Counted from the first letter of the stretch, positions 1 through 9,426 are shown. The stretch is DNA of 32,000 nucleotides from an uncultured Anaerofustis sp. (GCA_963674555.1 OY771429.1:1311845-1343844); one strand, 5' to 3'. The notes: a model not told the origin generated them from the sequence alone. A program made the numbers and translations.

Positions 1-915
1 TATGCCATTGAAATGTCACAGGTAGAAAAGAATGAACGCAACGGACGTATGCATGAGCGTATCGAACGTTATAATGTCGATTTTTGGGCCACGGAATTTT
101 TGGGTCAGTTGGAAAGGACGGTCGCAGAACAGGTAACGGATGTTACAAGAAATATCGGCAAGAACAGTTCCAAAATAGAAAAGGCGTATAAAAACGCAAA
201 GAAACGCGTATTGTTTTTGGATTATGACGGGACATTGGTTGGCTTTCAAAATAAGCCCGATGAAGCAAAGCCGGATAAAGAATTGAAAGAATTGTTACGA
301 AAGCTTGTACAAGATCCGAAAAATACGGTTGTGATCATTTCAGGCAGGAACAGTCAGACCTTGGATGAATGGTTGGGAGATATCCCTTTAAATATGTTAG
401 CTTGTCACGGGTTATGGATGCGCGAGCCTGCAGATGAATGGGCGATGACAGTGTCGTTGGAAAATGATTGGAAAGGATCGATCCGTCATGTCCTTGAAAT
501 GTATACGGATCGCATGCCGGGATCGTTTATCGAAGAGAAAGACTATTCCTTGGTATTCCACTACAGACAATGTGAACCTGATATGGTGGAAGCAAAATTA
601 AATGAAGTCAAAGAAACCTTGACAAGCATGATCCGCTCAACCATGCTAAGTGTGCAAGAGGGAAACAAAGTGCTGGAAGTTAAAGACAGCAGAACAAACA
701 AGGGTCACGGAGCATTAGCCTTTATGCAGAATCAGGATTTTGATTTTATTCTCGGGGTCGGTGACGATACAACCGATGAAGATCTTTTTGAGGCACTTCC
801 GGATAACGCGTTTTCGATCAAAGTGGGACTGGGACTAACCAAAGCAGATTATTATCTAAAGTCATGGAAATCTATGAGAGAACTACTAAAGAAGCTTGTA
901 AAAACCGATAAATAA
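1..915 (+). CDS. Trehalose-phosphatase (HAD, OtsB-type) domain. Probably the C-terminal half of a fused trehalose-6-phosphate synthase/phosphatase, 5'-truncated by the window edge
   Basis: The reading frame is open from base 1, with no stop before the ATG at 13. HAD motifs LFLDYDGTL, ISGR and GDDTTDEDLF are present. The residues before the HAD core (ERYNVDFWATEFL) look like the end of a GT20 synthase domain. A terminator follows. Confidence 0.8.
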   Translation, partial: YAIEMSQVEKNERNGRMHERIERYNVDFWATEFLGQLERTVAEQVTDVTRNIGKNSSKIEKAYKNAKKRVLFLDYDGTLVGFQNKPDEAKPDKELKELLRKLVQDPKNTVVIISGRNSQTLDEWLGDIPLNMLACHGLWMREPADEWAMTVSLENDWKGSIRHVLEMYTDRMPGSFIEEKDYSLVFHYRQCEPDMVEAKLNEVKETLTSMIRSTMLSVQEGNKVLEVKDSRTNKGHGALAFMQNQDFDFILGVGDDTTDEDLFEALPDNAFSIKVGLGLTKADYYLKSWKSMRELLKKLVKTDK

Positions 916-931
916 ATCCGATATATTTTCT

Positions 932-962
932 AAAAGGACACAGATCGCTGTGTCCTTTTTTA
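932..962 (+). terminator. Rho-independent terminator
   Basis: Stem GGACACAG (936-943), loop ATCG, stem CTGTGTCC (948-955), then a T-run. Confidence 0.8.
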
Positions 963-1100
963 GTAAATATATTCAGAAATAAGCTATTTATTTTATTAAG
1001 TAAAACAGTATTTTTTCAAAATGTAAAACGATGTGATTTTATCCGGATATCAGACTTATATTAGAATTTATTTTCGGGTTGAAAGTATATAAAAAACATA

Positions 1101-1129
1101 TTGACATTAAAATAAATCAATGTTAGAAT
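1101..1129 (+). promoter_or_regulatory. Sigma-A-type promoter of the marR-MATE operon
   Basis: TTGACA (1101-1106), 17-nt spacer, TAGAAT (1124-1129), preceded by a TG extended -10 element (1121-1122). It lies about 30 nt upstream of the marR RBS GAGGAG. Confidence 0.6.
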
Positions 1130-1135
1130 TCTAAC
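1122..1135. promoter_or_regulatory. 14-bp perfect palindrome overlapping the -10 box. Candidate MarR operator
   Basis: GTTAGAATTCTAAC equals its own reverse complement and covers the -10 hexamer of the promoter in front of marR. Confidence 0.35.
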
Positions 1136-1159
1136 TAGTTTGTCGAAAAGAGGAGAGCC

Positions 1160-1606
1160 ATGTTAGGGTCAGAAGAAATTATTGCGGAATTGATGGGAAG
1201 AATACCGCGATTTATAGGATTGATGCTGTCAGGAAGTGAAATAGAAGCTGCTGACGGACTCAGCCAAAGTGAGTTTCGAACGCTTATCAATTTGCATCGT
1301 TGCGAAGGTAGGCCTATGGCGGATTACAGTAAGCAGTTGGGTATCTCGAAAGGTTCTTTTACCTATGTTGCGGATAACCTTGAAAAAAAAGGTCTGATCG
1401 AAAGAGTACCCATGCTTAACGATAAACGTAAGCAAGCATTATTCCTTACCGGAAAAGGTAAGGTGCTTGCAAGGAAAATCGATGCGGAATTTACACAAAA
1501 TATTAAGCAGAATATCGCATGTTTGAAAAGGTCGGATATAAACAAATTAGAATCCGCTCTACGCACGATCGACCATACGATAGATCTTCTGAAAGAAAGG
1601 ACATAA
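1160..1606 (+). CDS. MarR-family transcriptional regulator
   Basis: 148 aa. Winged-helix region (SQSEFRTLINLHRCEGRPMADYSKQLGISKGSFTYVADNLEKKGLIERV...DKRK) typical of MarR. RBS AGAGGAG upstream. Sits directly upstream of an efflux pump gene. Confidence 0.85.
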   Translation: MLGSEEIIAELMGRIPRFIGLMLSGSEIEAADGLSQSEFRTLINLHRCEGRPMADYSKQLGISKGSFTYVADNLEKKGLIERVPMLNDKRKQALFLTGKGKVLARKIDAEFTQNIKQNIACLKRSDINKLESALRTIDHTIDLLKERT

Positions 1607-1616
1607 TAAACGACAT

Positions 1617-2984
1617 ATGAGAATGAAAAACACGAAAGAAAACAGAACACAGATTTTAGAATCAATGCCTGTTAATAAAGCTATCTGGACTTTGGCTGTA
1701 CCGACGATATTGGCAATGCTCGTACAGGTCATCTACAATATGACTGATACGTTTTATATCGGACAGTTAAACGAACCGAATATGGTAGCAGCGATCTCGA
1801 TCTCCATGCCTATCGTAATGCTTGTACAGGCATTCGGTAATATGTTTGGTATCGGGGGATCATCCTTGATATCCAGGTTGTTGGGACAACAGGAAAGAGA
1901 AAACGCAAATCATGCGGCAGCGATCGCTTTTTGGTCTGCGCTGGTTGTTATCATAGCCGGTGCGATCATCGGATTGATATTCTCTGAATCTATCCTTAAG
2001 CTGATCGGTGCAAGCGGAACGATGCTTGAATACGGGAAAACGTATCTTCGTTTCATGCTTATGGGCGGACCGTTGATCGGCATGCAGATGCTTATGGGCG
2101 GACTTTTGCGCTCGGAAGGTGCCACGAAAAACGCAATGTTCGGTATGATGACAGGATCCATATTAAACATGATCCTTGATCCTATCTTCATTCTTGTCCT
2201 AGATATGGGTATTACCGGTGCGGCACTGGCAACGATCATCGGTAATTTTGTAGGGTTCTCCTATAATATTTCCTTCTATTTAAGGAAAAAAGGATTGATC
2301 TCAGTTTCTATTAAGAATTATGTTTTTGATAAAAAATACTATGCGGCTATTTTCAAGATCGGCATTCCCGCATCTTTCGGAATGATCTTAATGAGCCTTG
2401 GAATGTCTACAGCGAATAGCTTTGCAGCGAGTTTCGGAGATGCTGCGGTAGCGGCATTCGGAGTCGTAATGCGTATAACGAATATTGCTATAATGGTGGT
2501 TATGGGACTTGCGCATGGTTGTCAACCTTTGATAGGCTACAGTTACGGTGCAAAGAAATATGACCGACTGTTTGCCACGATCAAGCGTGCAATGATGATC
2601 GGTTCGATCTTGGGTGTGACATTCGCGATATTGTTCAATGTGTTTGCGGATTCCTGGATCAGAGTATTCATAATAGACCAAGCGGTCATTGACCGAGGAG
2701 TGATCGTTATGCGCGCATTCACATTCGGCATGCCGTTCATGGGCGTGCAAATGATCTTGATGGTCATGTTCCAAGCACTCGGTAAGACAGTCCAGTCTTT
2801 AATTATCTCTTTGGGCAGACAAGGACTCTTTTACATACCGGCCATAATTATACTCAGTACTGTTTGGGGATTCAACGGACTTGCGTTTGCAATGCCTTTG
2901 GCGGATCTTTGCACAACGGTCTTGGCCTTTGCGTTGTTCTTACAAATGAGAAGAAAGATGACTGTTTTCACACAACGAATATAA
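1617..2984 (+). CDS. MATE-family multidrug efflux transporter
   Basis: 455 aa and polytopic. The N-terminus (PVNKAIWTLAVPTILAMLVQVIYNMTDTFYIGQL) and the internal duplication are typical of MatE/NorM proteins. The start could alternatively be the ATG at 1623. Confidence 0.9.
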   Translation: MRMKNTKENRTQILESMPVNKAIWTLAVPTILAMLVQVIYNMTDTFYIGQLNEPNMVAAISISMPIVMLVQAFGNMFGIGGSSLISRLLGQQERENANHAAAIAFWSALVVIIAGAIIGLIFSESILKLIGASGTMLEYGKTYLRFMLMGGPLIGMQMLMGGLLRSEGATKNAMFGMMTGSILNMILDPIFILVLDMGITGAALATIIGNFVGFSYNISFYLRKKGLISVSIKNYVFDKKYYAAIFKIGIPASFGMILMSLGMSTANSFAASFGDAAVAAFGVVMRITNIAIMVVMGLAHGCQPLIGYSYGAKKYDRLFATIKRAMMIGSILGVTFAILFNVFADSWIRVFIIDQAVIDRGVIVMRAFTFGMPFMGVQMILMVMFQALGKTVQSLIISLGRQGLFYIPAIIILSTVWGFNGLAFAMPLADLCTTVLAFALFLQMRRKMTVFTQRI

Positions 2985-3004
2985 AAATGGTTTTAACCTA
3001 AATC

Positions 3005-3041
3005 AAAAGACGTACAGTTTTAATACTGTACGTCTTTTTTT
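3005..3041. terminator. Bidirectional rho-independent terminator between convergent MATE and acuC genes
   Basis: Stem AGACGTACAG (3008-3017) pairs with CTGTACGTCT (3026-3035). It is flanked by an A-run and a T-run. Confidence 0.8.
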
Positions 3042-3056
3042 ATTTAATCAAATCAT

Positions 3057-4262
3057 TTATTCTGTGTCTTGCAAAAATCTGTTTCCGATCGGTTTGTTCC
3101 GCAAGATATACAATGCGTTTTTAAGGGTAGATTGGTTTTTATAATCGATCTCTTCTTTTCTGGGCACAGGTGGGTACATATCTATAGGATCATCCCAATA
3201 AAGCGGCAAGGCAAGCTTGCTGTGCGGTTGCCACTTATCGATCCATTCTTTCGGTATATCCGTCAAATCTTTATTATGCTCATTCATTTCCATCCAGACG
3301 AGCGCCCAAGCTCGGGGTACGACTCTGAAAATATCGTAACCGCCGCCACCCAGTGCGATCCATTTGCCTTCGCAATATTCATGCGCGAAACGATGAGCGA
3401 GCGTAGGGATCTTTTTATAGGTATCCATCGTCAGATATAAATGAGAAAGCGGATCATAATAATGTCCGTCGGCGCCGTTTTGCGTCACGATGATATCGGG
3501 CTTGAATGATTCCGCTACACGCTCAAGCGCTTGTTCGTAGCAAGCATACCATGAGTCATCTTCGGTAAAGGCATCAACCGGTATATTAAATGTATAACCC
3601 ATTCCTTTACCTTCACCTCGTTCGGTGATATTCCCTGTGCCGGGGAACAGATATCTTCCCGTTTCGTGTATCGATAAAGTGCATACTTGCGGATCGTCGT
3701 AAAAAGCCCATTGCACACCGTCTCCGTGGTGCGCGTCGGTATCGACATACAGAACTTTTGCTCCGTAATTCTGCGTGATATGTTTGATCGCTACAGCGAT
3801 GTCATTATAAATGCAGAAGCCCGATGCTTTTCCGTAGAATGCGTGGTGCAGTCCTCCGCTCAAGTTCAAAGCATGTGAAGCATGGCCTTGCATTACTTTG
3901 TTTGCAGCCTGTAAAGTCGCGCCGACCGCAAGAGAACTTGCTTGGTGCATGGATTCAAAGACAGGCATATCATCATCGGCAAGTCCGTGGTCAAGCAAAC
4001 TGTCTTCATCAATATTTCCGTCATTTACGGATTCGATAAATTCGATATATTCCTTGCTGTGTGCTAAAAGTAAGTCTTTCTCGGTTGCGGGTTTAGGCTT
4101 ACGTAGCTGTGTATCATCGATCGCTTCGGAAGCTTTCAATAAGTCATAAGTTAATTTTATTCGGATCGGATTGAACGGATGATCTTCGGCGAACTTGTAC
4201 TTCATCATCTCTTCGGAGTAGATAAAAATAGCCTTTTGTGTCATCATTTCATTTTCGGCCAT
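3057..4262 (-). CDS. acuC: Acetoin utilization protein AcuC (class I HDAC-family protein deacetylase)
   Basis: 401 aa. HDAC motifs HHAFYGKASGFCIYND and DTDAHHGDGVQ. It is the last gene of an acuA-acuB-acuC run divergent from acsA, as in Bacillus subtilis. Confidence 0.9.
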   Translation of the reverse strand: MAENEMMTQKAIFIYSEEMMKYKFAEDHPFNPIRIKLTYDLLKASEAIDDTQLRKPKPATEKDLLLAHSKEYIEFIESVNDGNIDEDSLLDHGLADDDMPVFESMHQASSLAVGATLQAANKVMQGHASHALNLSGGLHHAFYGKASGFCIYNDIAVAIKHITQNYGAKVLYVDTDAHHGDGVQWAFYDDPQVCTLSIHETGRYLFPGTGNITERGEGKGMGYTFNIPVDAFTEDDSWYACYEQALERVAESFKPDIIVTQNGADGHYYDPLSHLYLTMDTYKKIPTLAHRFAHEYCEGKWIALGGGGYDIFRVVPRAWALVWMEMNEHNKDLTDIPKEWIDKWQPHSKLALPLYWDDPIDMYPPVPRKEEIDYKNQSTLKNALYILRNKPIGNRFLQDTE

Positions 4263-4882
4263 AATACGTTATATCCTTTTTCGGAGAGTTCATTGAGAAG
4301 TTCGTCCGTATGCATGATCGGAGAGCGCAGAACCAACCGTTTTTTATTTGGGTCGCTTGAAGGACACAATAAGGCGTTTGATACAGGAGCTTTTTTATTT
4401 TGGAAGATCTTTAAGATCGGTGTGATGTCAGTATGGTGTTGTTCCAGTTCGATCTCAAAACGTGAACCCGGTTCTGTCGTGCCTGCCATTTGAAGGAAGA
4501 TCTTCAACAAGTCGGATTCTGTAATGATCCCAACGAGCTTTCCGTCAGATAGGATCGGCAGGGAACTGATCTTGAATTCGTGAAATAAAGAAGCCGCATC
4601 TTCGATAAAGTCATCGGGTGTCCCTGTGATGACTTCGGTCGTCATGATATCCGATATGGGCGTCTCATAATCCAATTTATCGTCTTCATCCAATTCATTA
4701 AAAACGGAAGGTGTTGCGTCTCTTAAATCGCGGTCTGAAATGATCCCCAATAGATGTGCGTTATCATCCGTTACGGGCAAATGGCGAATGTGATTATCTC
4801 GCATGATCTCGATCGCTTGCGCTACAGTGAAACTCGGTCGTATCGTGATCAGTTGTTCTCCCATGATCTCGCTAATAAACAT
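4244..4882 (-). CDS. acuB: Acetoin utilization protein AcuB (tandem CBS domains plus C-terminal ACT-like domain)
   Basis: 212 aa. CBS-pair pattern (ITIRPSFTVAQAIEIMRDNHIRHLPV, and a second copy). Positioned between acuA and acuC. RBS AAGGAG is 11 nt after the acuA stop. It overlaps the acuC start by 19 nt. Confidence 0.85.
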   Translation of the reverse strand: MFISEIMGEQLITIRPSFTVAQAIEIMRDNHIRHLPVTDDNAHLLGIISDRDLRDATPSVFNELDEDDKLDYETPISDIMTTEVITGTPDDFIEDAASLFHEFKISSLPILSDGKLVGIITESDLLKIFLQMAGTTEPGSRFEIELEQHHTDITPILKIFQNKKAPVSNALLCPSSDPNKKRLVLRSPIMHTDELLNELSEKGYNVLWPKMK

Positions 4883-4893
4883 GATCTTACTCC

Positions 4894-5526
4894 TTAGTAC
4901 ATGAATCTGTATTTGAATCTTAATTTATCGAAGGCTTCGACGGTTTCGGTATTGACGTTCTTCCCAATACGTACCATCAGACAGTTCGCGGGGTGAGAGG
5001 CGATATCTTCTTCATCCGTCGCAAACCACACAAGTCCGCCCGTGCCCATTACTTTTTCCATTACTTCTCTGTATTGCCAAACATTTAAACCGCTTCCTTT
5101 TAGATCCCAATGCCAATAATACTCGGTCGTGATAATGATATAATCGTCAAGTGCTCCGTCCATCGTCGAAACCTCGAGGATCTTCTTACTTAGTGAATGT
5201 TGTCGGTAATTCGCCGCGATCTCGATCGCGCCCAATTCCAATAAATTTTCGATATTCCCTTCAGACCATCTTTCGAGCGGGTCAGGGTATAAAAAAGTCG
5301 CGTACCCAACGATACGTTCACCGTCTCTTGCGATGATGATCCGTCCTTCAGGCAATTGCGCGATCTCTAAAATTGCTTTGAATTGTTCTTCGGGTTTTCG
5401 AAACGCGTTCAGTTGCTCGTCAAAAGCATAGCCCGATAAGCGTTCATAAGGAACGGGGCCTTCAACAATGATCGTTCCCATGTCCGTTTCGACGTTTGTT
5501 CGGTGGCATGTTTTGATATGTTCCAT
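4894..5526 (-). CDS. acuA: AcuA, GNAT acetyltransferase that acetylates acetyl-CoA synthetase
   Basis: 210 aa. Near-colinear resemblance to my recollection of B. subtilis AcuA (MEHxKT..., GPV, LPEGRIIIARDG, YLYPDPLERWSEGN, ELGAIE, TTEYYWHWDLKG, GGLVWFATDE, SHPANCLM.RIGKNV, RFxxRxMY). Confidence 0.9.
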   Translation of the reverse strand: MEHIKTCHRTNVETDMGTIIVEGPVPYERLSGYAFDEQLNAFRKPEEQFKAILEIAQLPEGRIIIARDGERIVGYATFLYPDPLERWSEGNIENLLELGAIEIAANYRQHSLSKKILEVSTMDGALDDYIIITTEYYWHWDLKGSGLNVWQYREVMEKVMGTGGLVWFATDEEDIASHPANCLMVRIGKNVNTETVEAFDKLRFKYRFMY

Positions 5527-5592
5527 TCGTTCCGTACCGTCTCAGCGTATTTTTAGTCAAATTAATTTACGCTTAAAAATAGGATTTTTATA

Positions 5593-5621
5593 TTGTTATC
5601 TTCTGTATTCTATGATAGTAT
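5593..5621 (+). promoter_or_regulatory. Candidate acsA promoter
   Basis: TTGTTA (5593-5598), 17-nt spacer, TAGTAT (5616-5621) with TG at 5613-5614. RBS AAAGGGG precedes the ATG at 5652. Confidence 0.4.
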
Positions 5622-5651
5622 ATTTATCATTAAAATCAAAGGGGTTGCATT

Positions 5652-7373
5652 ATGAATTCATCAATAATTAAAGCAGTCAATGGAAACTATAATCTAAAAG
5701 ATTACGATAAAACACGAAAAGACTTTCATTGGGCAGATGTCGAAGAGAATTTCTCTTGGGATAAGACCGGTAAAGTCAACATGGCTTATGAAGCTATCGA
5801 CAGACATGCGGGATCAGAATTAAAAGACAAAACAGCTTTATTGTTCGATAACGGAACAAGGGAAGAAGCATATACTTTTGGACAGATGAAAACGCTTACA
5901 AATAAAGCGGGTAATTTGTTGAAAGAACACGCTAAAGTCAAGAAAGGTGACAGAGTCTTTTTGTTCATGCCGAGGAGTCCCGAACTTTATTTTATGTTGC
6001 TTGGGACATTGAAGATCGGTGCGATCGCCGGTCCTTTATTCGAAGCATTTATGGAAGGCGCGGTAAGGGATCGTTTGGAAGACAGTGAAGCGAAAGTATT
6101 GATCACAACGACAGAGTTGCTCGGAAGAGTTCCGGTCGATGAGCTTCCCGCACTCAAATCCATTATCATCGTCGATGTTGACGGGGTGGAAGAAGACGGG
6201 ACATTTATCGATTACTACAAGCATATCGATGAAATGAGCAGTGAACTGGACATCGAATGGATGGACAGAAACGATGGTATGATCTTACATTATACATCCG
6301 GTTCAACTGGAAAACCGAAGGGTGTATTGCACGTCCACAACGCGATGATACAACATTATCAAACAGCGAAATGGGTATTAGATCTGCAAGAAAATGATAT
6401 TTATTGGTGTACGGCGGATCCGGGTTGGGTCACAGGTACATCTTACGGGATCTTCGCACCGTGGCTTACGGGCACAACGAACTTGATCTTAGGCGGACGG
6501 TTTAAGCCCGATCTATGGTATCAAACGATCGAAAAATATAAAGTTACCGTTTGGTACAGCGCGCCTACGGCATTCCGTATGCTGATGAGCGCGGGGGATG
6601 CGGTCGTTAAACAATATGATCTGTCCACATTGCGCCACATCGCAAGCGTGGGAGAACCGCTTAATCCGGAGATCGTCAAATGGGGCGTTAAAGTGTTTGG
6701 TGTACGCATCCACGATACTTGGTGGATGACCGAAACGGGCGCGCAAATGATCTGTAATTATCCTTGTATGGATATCAAACCGGGTTCTATGGGTAAACCG
6801 ATCCCCGGCGTTACGGCAGCGATCGTTGACGACAGAGGCAATGAACTGCCGCCGAATCAAATGGGGAACCTTGCGCTCTTAAAGGGTTGGCCATCGATGA
6901 TGTATCAGATATGGAATAACCCGACCAAATACGATTCGTATTTTATGCCGGGCGGTTGGTATGTATCGGGAGACTCCGCGTATATGGATGAAGACGGATA
7001 CTTCTGGTTCCAAGGCAGGATCGACGATGTCATTATGACTTCGGGTGAACGCGTCGGACCTTTTGAAGTTGAAAGCACATTGCTTGAACATCCCGCTGTG
7101 GATGAAGCCGGCGTTATCGGAAAACCCGATCCGCTTCGAGGCGAGATCATTAAAGCGTTCGTTGTGATATCAGATGCCTATGAACAGAGCGATGAATTAG
7201 CGGATGATATCAAATTATACGTTAAAACAAACTTAGCCGCGCATGCCGCGCCGAGAGAGATCGAATTTATCGATAAGCTTCCGAAGACCAGAAGCGGTAA
7301 GATCATGCGTCGCGTGCTCAAAGCCTGGGAACTCAAATTGCCGACAGGCGATCTATCCACGATGGAAGACTAA
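5652..7373 (+). CDS. acsA: Acetyl-CoA synthetase (acetate--CoA ligase), Bacillus AcsA type
   Basis: 573 aa. AMP-binding signature LHYTSGSTGKPKGV. C-terminal PKTRSGKIMRR carries the lysine that the AcuA/AcuC system is known to target. Divergent from acuABC. Confidence 0.9.
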   Translation: MNSSIIKAVNGNYNLKDYDKTRKDFHWADVEENFSWDKTGKVNMAYEAIDRHAGSELKDKTALLFDNGTREEAYTFGQMKTLTNKAGNLLKEHAKVKKGDRVFLFMPRSPELYFMLLGTLKIGAIAGPLFEAFMEGAVRDRLEDSEAKVLITTTELLGRVPVDELPALKSIIIVDVDGVEEDGTFIDYYKHIDEMSSELDIEWMDRNDGMILHYTSGSTGKPKGVLHVHNAMIQHYQTAKWVLDLQENDIYWCTADPGWVTGTSYGIFAPWLTGTTNLILGGRFKPDLWYQTIEKYKVTVWYSAPTAFRMLMSAGDAVVKQYDLSTLRHIASVGEPLNPEIVKWGVKVFGVRIHDTWWMTETGAQMICNYPCMDIKPGSMGKPIPGVTAAIVDDRGNELPPNQMGNLALLKGWPSMMYQIWNNPTKYDSYFMPGGWYVSGDSAYMDEDGYFWFQGRIDDVIMTSGERVGPFEVESTLLEHPAVDEAGVIGKPDPLRGEIIKAFVVISDAYEQSDELADDIKLYVKTNLAAHAAPREIEFIDKLPKTRSGKIMRRVLKAWELKLPTGDLSTMED

Positions 7374-7386
7374 AATAAATCAATAT

Positions 7387-7422
7387 AAAAGACTTACGCT
7401 ATATAAGCGTAAGTCTTTTTTT
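7387..7422. terminator. Bidirectional rho-independent terminator (acsA / ABC exporter)
   Basis: Stem GACTTACGCT (7391-7400), loop ATATA, stem AGCGTAAGTC (7406-7415). A-run before and T-run after. Confidence 0.85.
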
Positions 7423-7444
7423 ATTTTCTCCGATCGAATGGGAA

Positions 7445-9295
7445 TTATTCCTGATCTTGATCACTCTCTTCTTCGTCCTGATCTGTTTTAAATTGTTTAT
7501 CGTATAGCTCTTTATAAACACCGCTTTGTTTGAGCAGTTCATTATGCGTGCCTTGCTCTACGATGCGTCCCGCCTCTACGACATAAATGCGATCCGCCGA
7601 CATGACGGTCGATAAACGGTGGGCGATGACCAAACTTGTGCGGTCTTTTAAGAGCGGCTTGATCGCTGCTTGTATCAGAGATTCCGAGACGGAATCCAAA
7701 GAAGACGTCGCTTCGTCCAATATAACGATACGCGGATCTTTTAACAACGCCCGCGCGATCGAGAGCCTTTGTTTCTCTCCGCCGGAGAGTTTGATGCCAC
7801 GTTCTCCGACTAGTGTGTCGTATCCGTTCGGAAGCGATTCGATGAAATCATGGATATTGGATGTTCTGCACGCTGAGATGATCTCTTCCTCGGTCGCGTC
7901 GAATCTCGCGAAAAGCAGATTTTCCCGTATGGTCGTATTAAACATATAAGTGTCTTGCATAACGATACCGATCTGGCTACGAAGTGATTCAACAGTCACA
8001 TCTCTGATGTCGATCCCATCGATCGCGATCGATCCCGACGTAATATCATAAAGTCGGGGAAGCATATAGGTGATCGTGGTTTTCCCTGCGCCGCTTGGTC
8101 CCACAAGGGCGATCATCTTTCCGGATTCGATCGATATATTGATATCTTTCAACGTTTGCGTTTTATCGGTATAGGAGAAATCGACATGATCAAATTCGAT
8201 CGCTCCTTTGACATCTTTCAGTTCTTGGGCGTTCGGACGATCAACGATATCCTGCTTCATATCAAGATACTCGAAGATACGTTCAAAAAGCGCGGTGGAG
8301 CGCGTCAGATCTACCGAAATATTAGCGAAAACCGTTACGGGTCTGTACAGTCTGCTAAGCAGCGCGACGAACATCACGATACCGCCGACTGTGATCTCAT
8401 TATAGCGGATCATCAAAATACCGCCGGCTAAATAAATGACCATAGGCCCGATCGCAACGAATGTGGACATGACCATAAAGAACCAACGCCCCGCAAGCGA
8501 TTCCTTGATCTGCAATGAAGTGACTTCTTTGTTGATCGAGACGAATTTATCTTGCTGGTCTTTTTCTTTTGTAAAGAGTTTGACCAAGAATGTACCGCCG
8601 ATATTTAAAGTCTCGTGCATAAGCGTATTGAGTTCAGCGAGTTTTTCTTGCGTGGTTTGTGCGATCTTCCAGCGCACCTTACCGACCTTGCGCGTCGGTA
8701 TGATAAATAACGGCAAGATCAACAGGCTGAATATCGCGAGCTTCCAATTGGTATAAAACAAGAGTCCCGCGGTAGACAGGAAAATAAAAAGATTTTCGAG
8801 GATCTGAACAAAGGTGCCTGAAAAAATACTTTCGATCCCGGTAATATCGTTATTCATGCGTGAAGTGATCTCACCTGTTTGTACATTTGAAAAAAACTTG
8901 ATGGACATATATTGCAAATGTTTAAACATCGCGTTTCGCAGATCGTAAATGATGTGCTTGGATATCCAACTGTTGACATAGTTTTGGCCGACTAATATCA
9001 ACCCGCTCACAAGTGTAGTACCGAAAGAACCCGCGATGAGCCAAATTAAAAGATCGATCCTTTTATCAGGAAGCGCGACATCGATGATCTGTTTTGTGAA
9101 TATGGGGGGGACCAATCCCAAGAGTGCGGTAATGATTATGCATAACAGCAACACCAATAAAAGCTTCCAATAAGGAGAAAAATACCGCGCAATGCGCTTA
9201 AACATTGCTTTCGTCATTTTCGGTTTGTTTTCCGAATCGTCATAATGAAAACGTCCGCCACGTCCGCCGTGGCCTCCGCCTCTAAATCCTGTCAT
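7445..9295 (-). CDS. ABC exporter, fused permease/ATPase (MsbA/LmrA-like type I exporter)
   Basis: 616 aa. Six-TM N-terminal half, then Walker A GPSGAGKTT, signature LSGGEKQR and Walker B IVILDEATS. Has an unusual Gly/Arg-rich N-terminus and an acidic C-tail. Confidence 0.9.
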   Translation of the reverse strand: MTGFRGGGHGGRGGRFHYDDSENKPKMTKAMFKRIARYFSPYWKLLLVLLLCIIITALLGLVPPIFTKQIIDVALPDKRIDLLIWLIAGSFGTTLVSGLILVGQNYVNSWISKHIIYDLRNAMFKHLQYMSIKFFSNVQTGEITSRMNNDITGIESIFSGTFVQILENLFIFLSTAGLLFYTNWKLAIFSLLILPLFIIPTRKVGKVRWKIAQTTQEKLAELNTLMHETLNIGGTFLVKLFTKEKDQQDKFVSINKEVTSLQIKESLAGRWFFMVMSTFVAIGPMVIYLAGGILMIRYNEITVGGIVMFVALLSRLYRPVTVFANISVDLTRSTALFERIFEYLDMKQDIVDRPNAQELKDVKGAIEFDHVDFSYTDKTQTLKDINISIESGKMIALVGPSGAGKTTITYMLPRLYDITSGSIAIDGIDIRDVTVESLRSQIGIVMQDTYMFNTTIRENLLFARFDATEEEIISACRTSNIHDFIESLPNGYDTLVGERGIKLSGGEKQRLSIARALLKDPRIVILDEATSSLDSVSESLIQAAIKPLLKDRTSLVIAHRLSTVMSADRIYVVEAGRIVEQGTHNELLKQSGVYKELYDKQFKTDQDEEESDQDQE

Positions 9296-9426
9296 GTGTA
9301 TTCTTCTTTCTTTTTAAATAATATTACTTTATTATTATACATCAACTTTTTTTAAGCACAATATAATATCGCTGGACACAAGTATAATTCCGAAAAGCAT
9401 AATGCGTCATAGTTTTGCCATATTCT

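Noticed and set aside
2388-2774. 128-aa His/Cys-rich ORF (plus 2543-2767 and 1910-2239) on the minus strand inside the MATE gene
   Set aside because: These ORFs lie entirely antisense to a gene with clear family features. They have no RBS or promoter and their composition is an artefact of the opposite strand. They are shadow ORFs.
5527-5651. Possible CcpA cre site in the acsA-acuA intergenic region
   Set aside because: No sequence on either strand approaches TGWAANCGNTNWCA by eye. The nearest fragment (TTTACGCTTAAA) lacks the conserved TG/CA ends.
6513-6860. 115-aa minus-strand ORF within acsA (and similar ORFs at 5786-6224 and 6879-7360)
   Set aside because: They are shadow ORFs of the acetyl-CoA synthetase gene.
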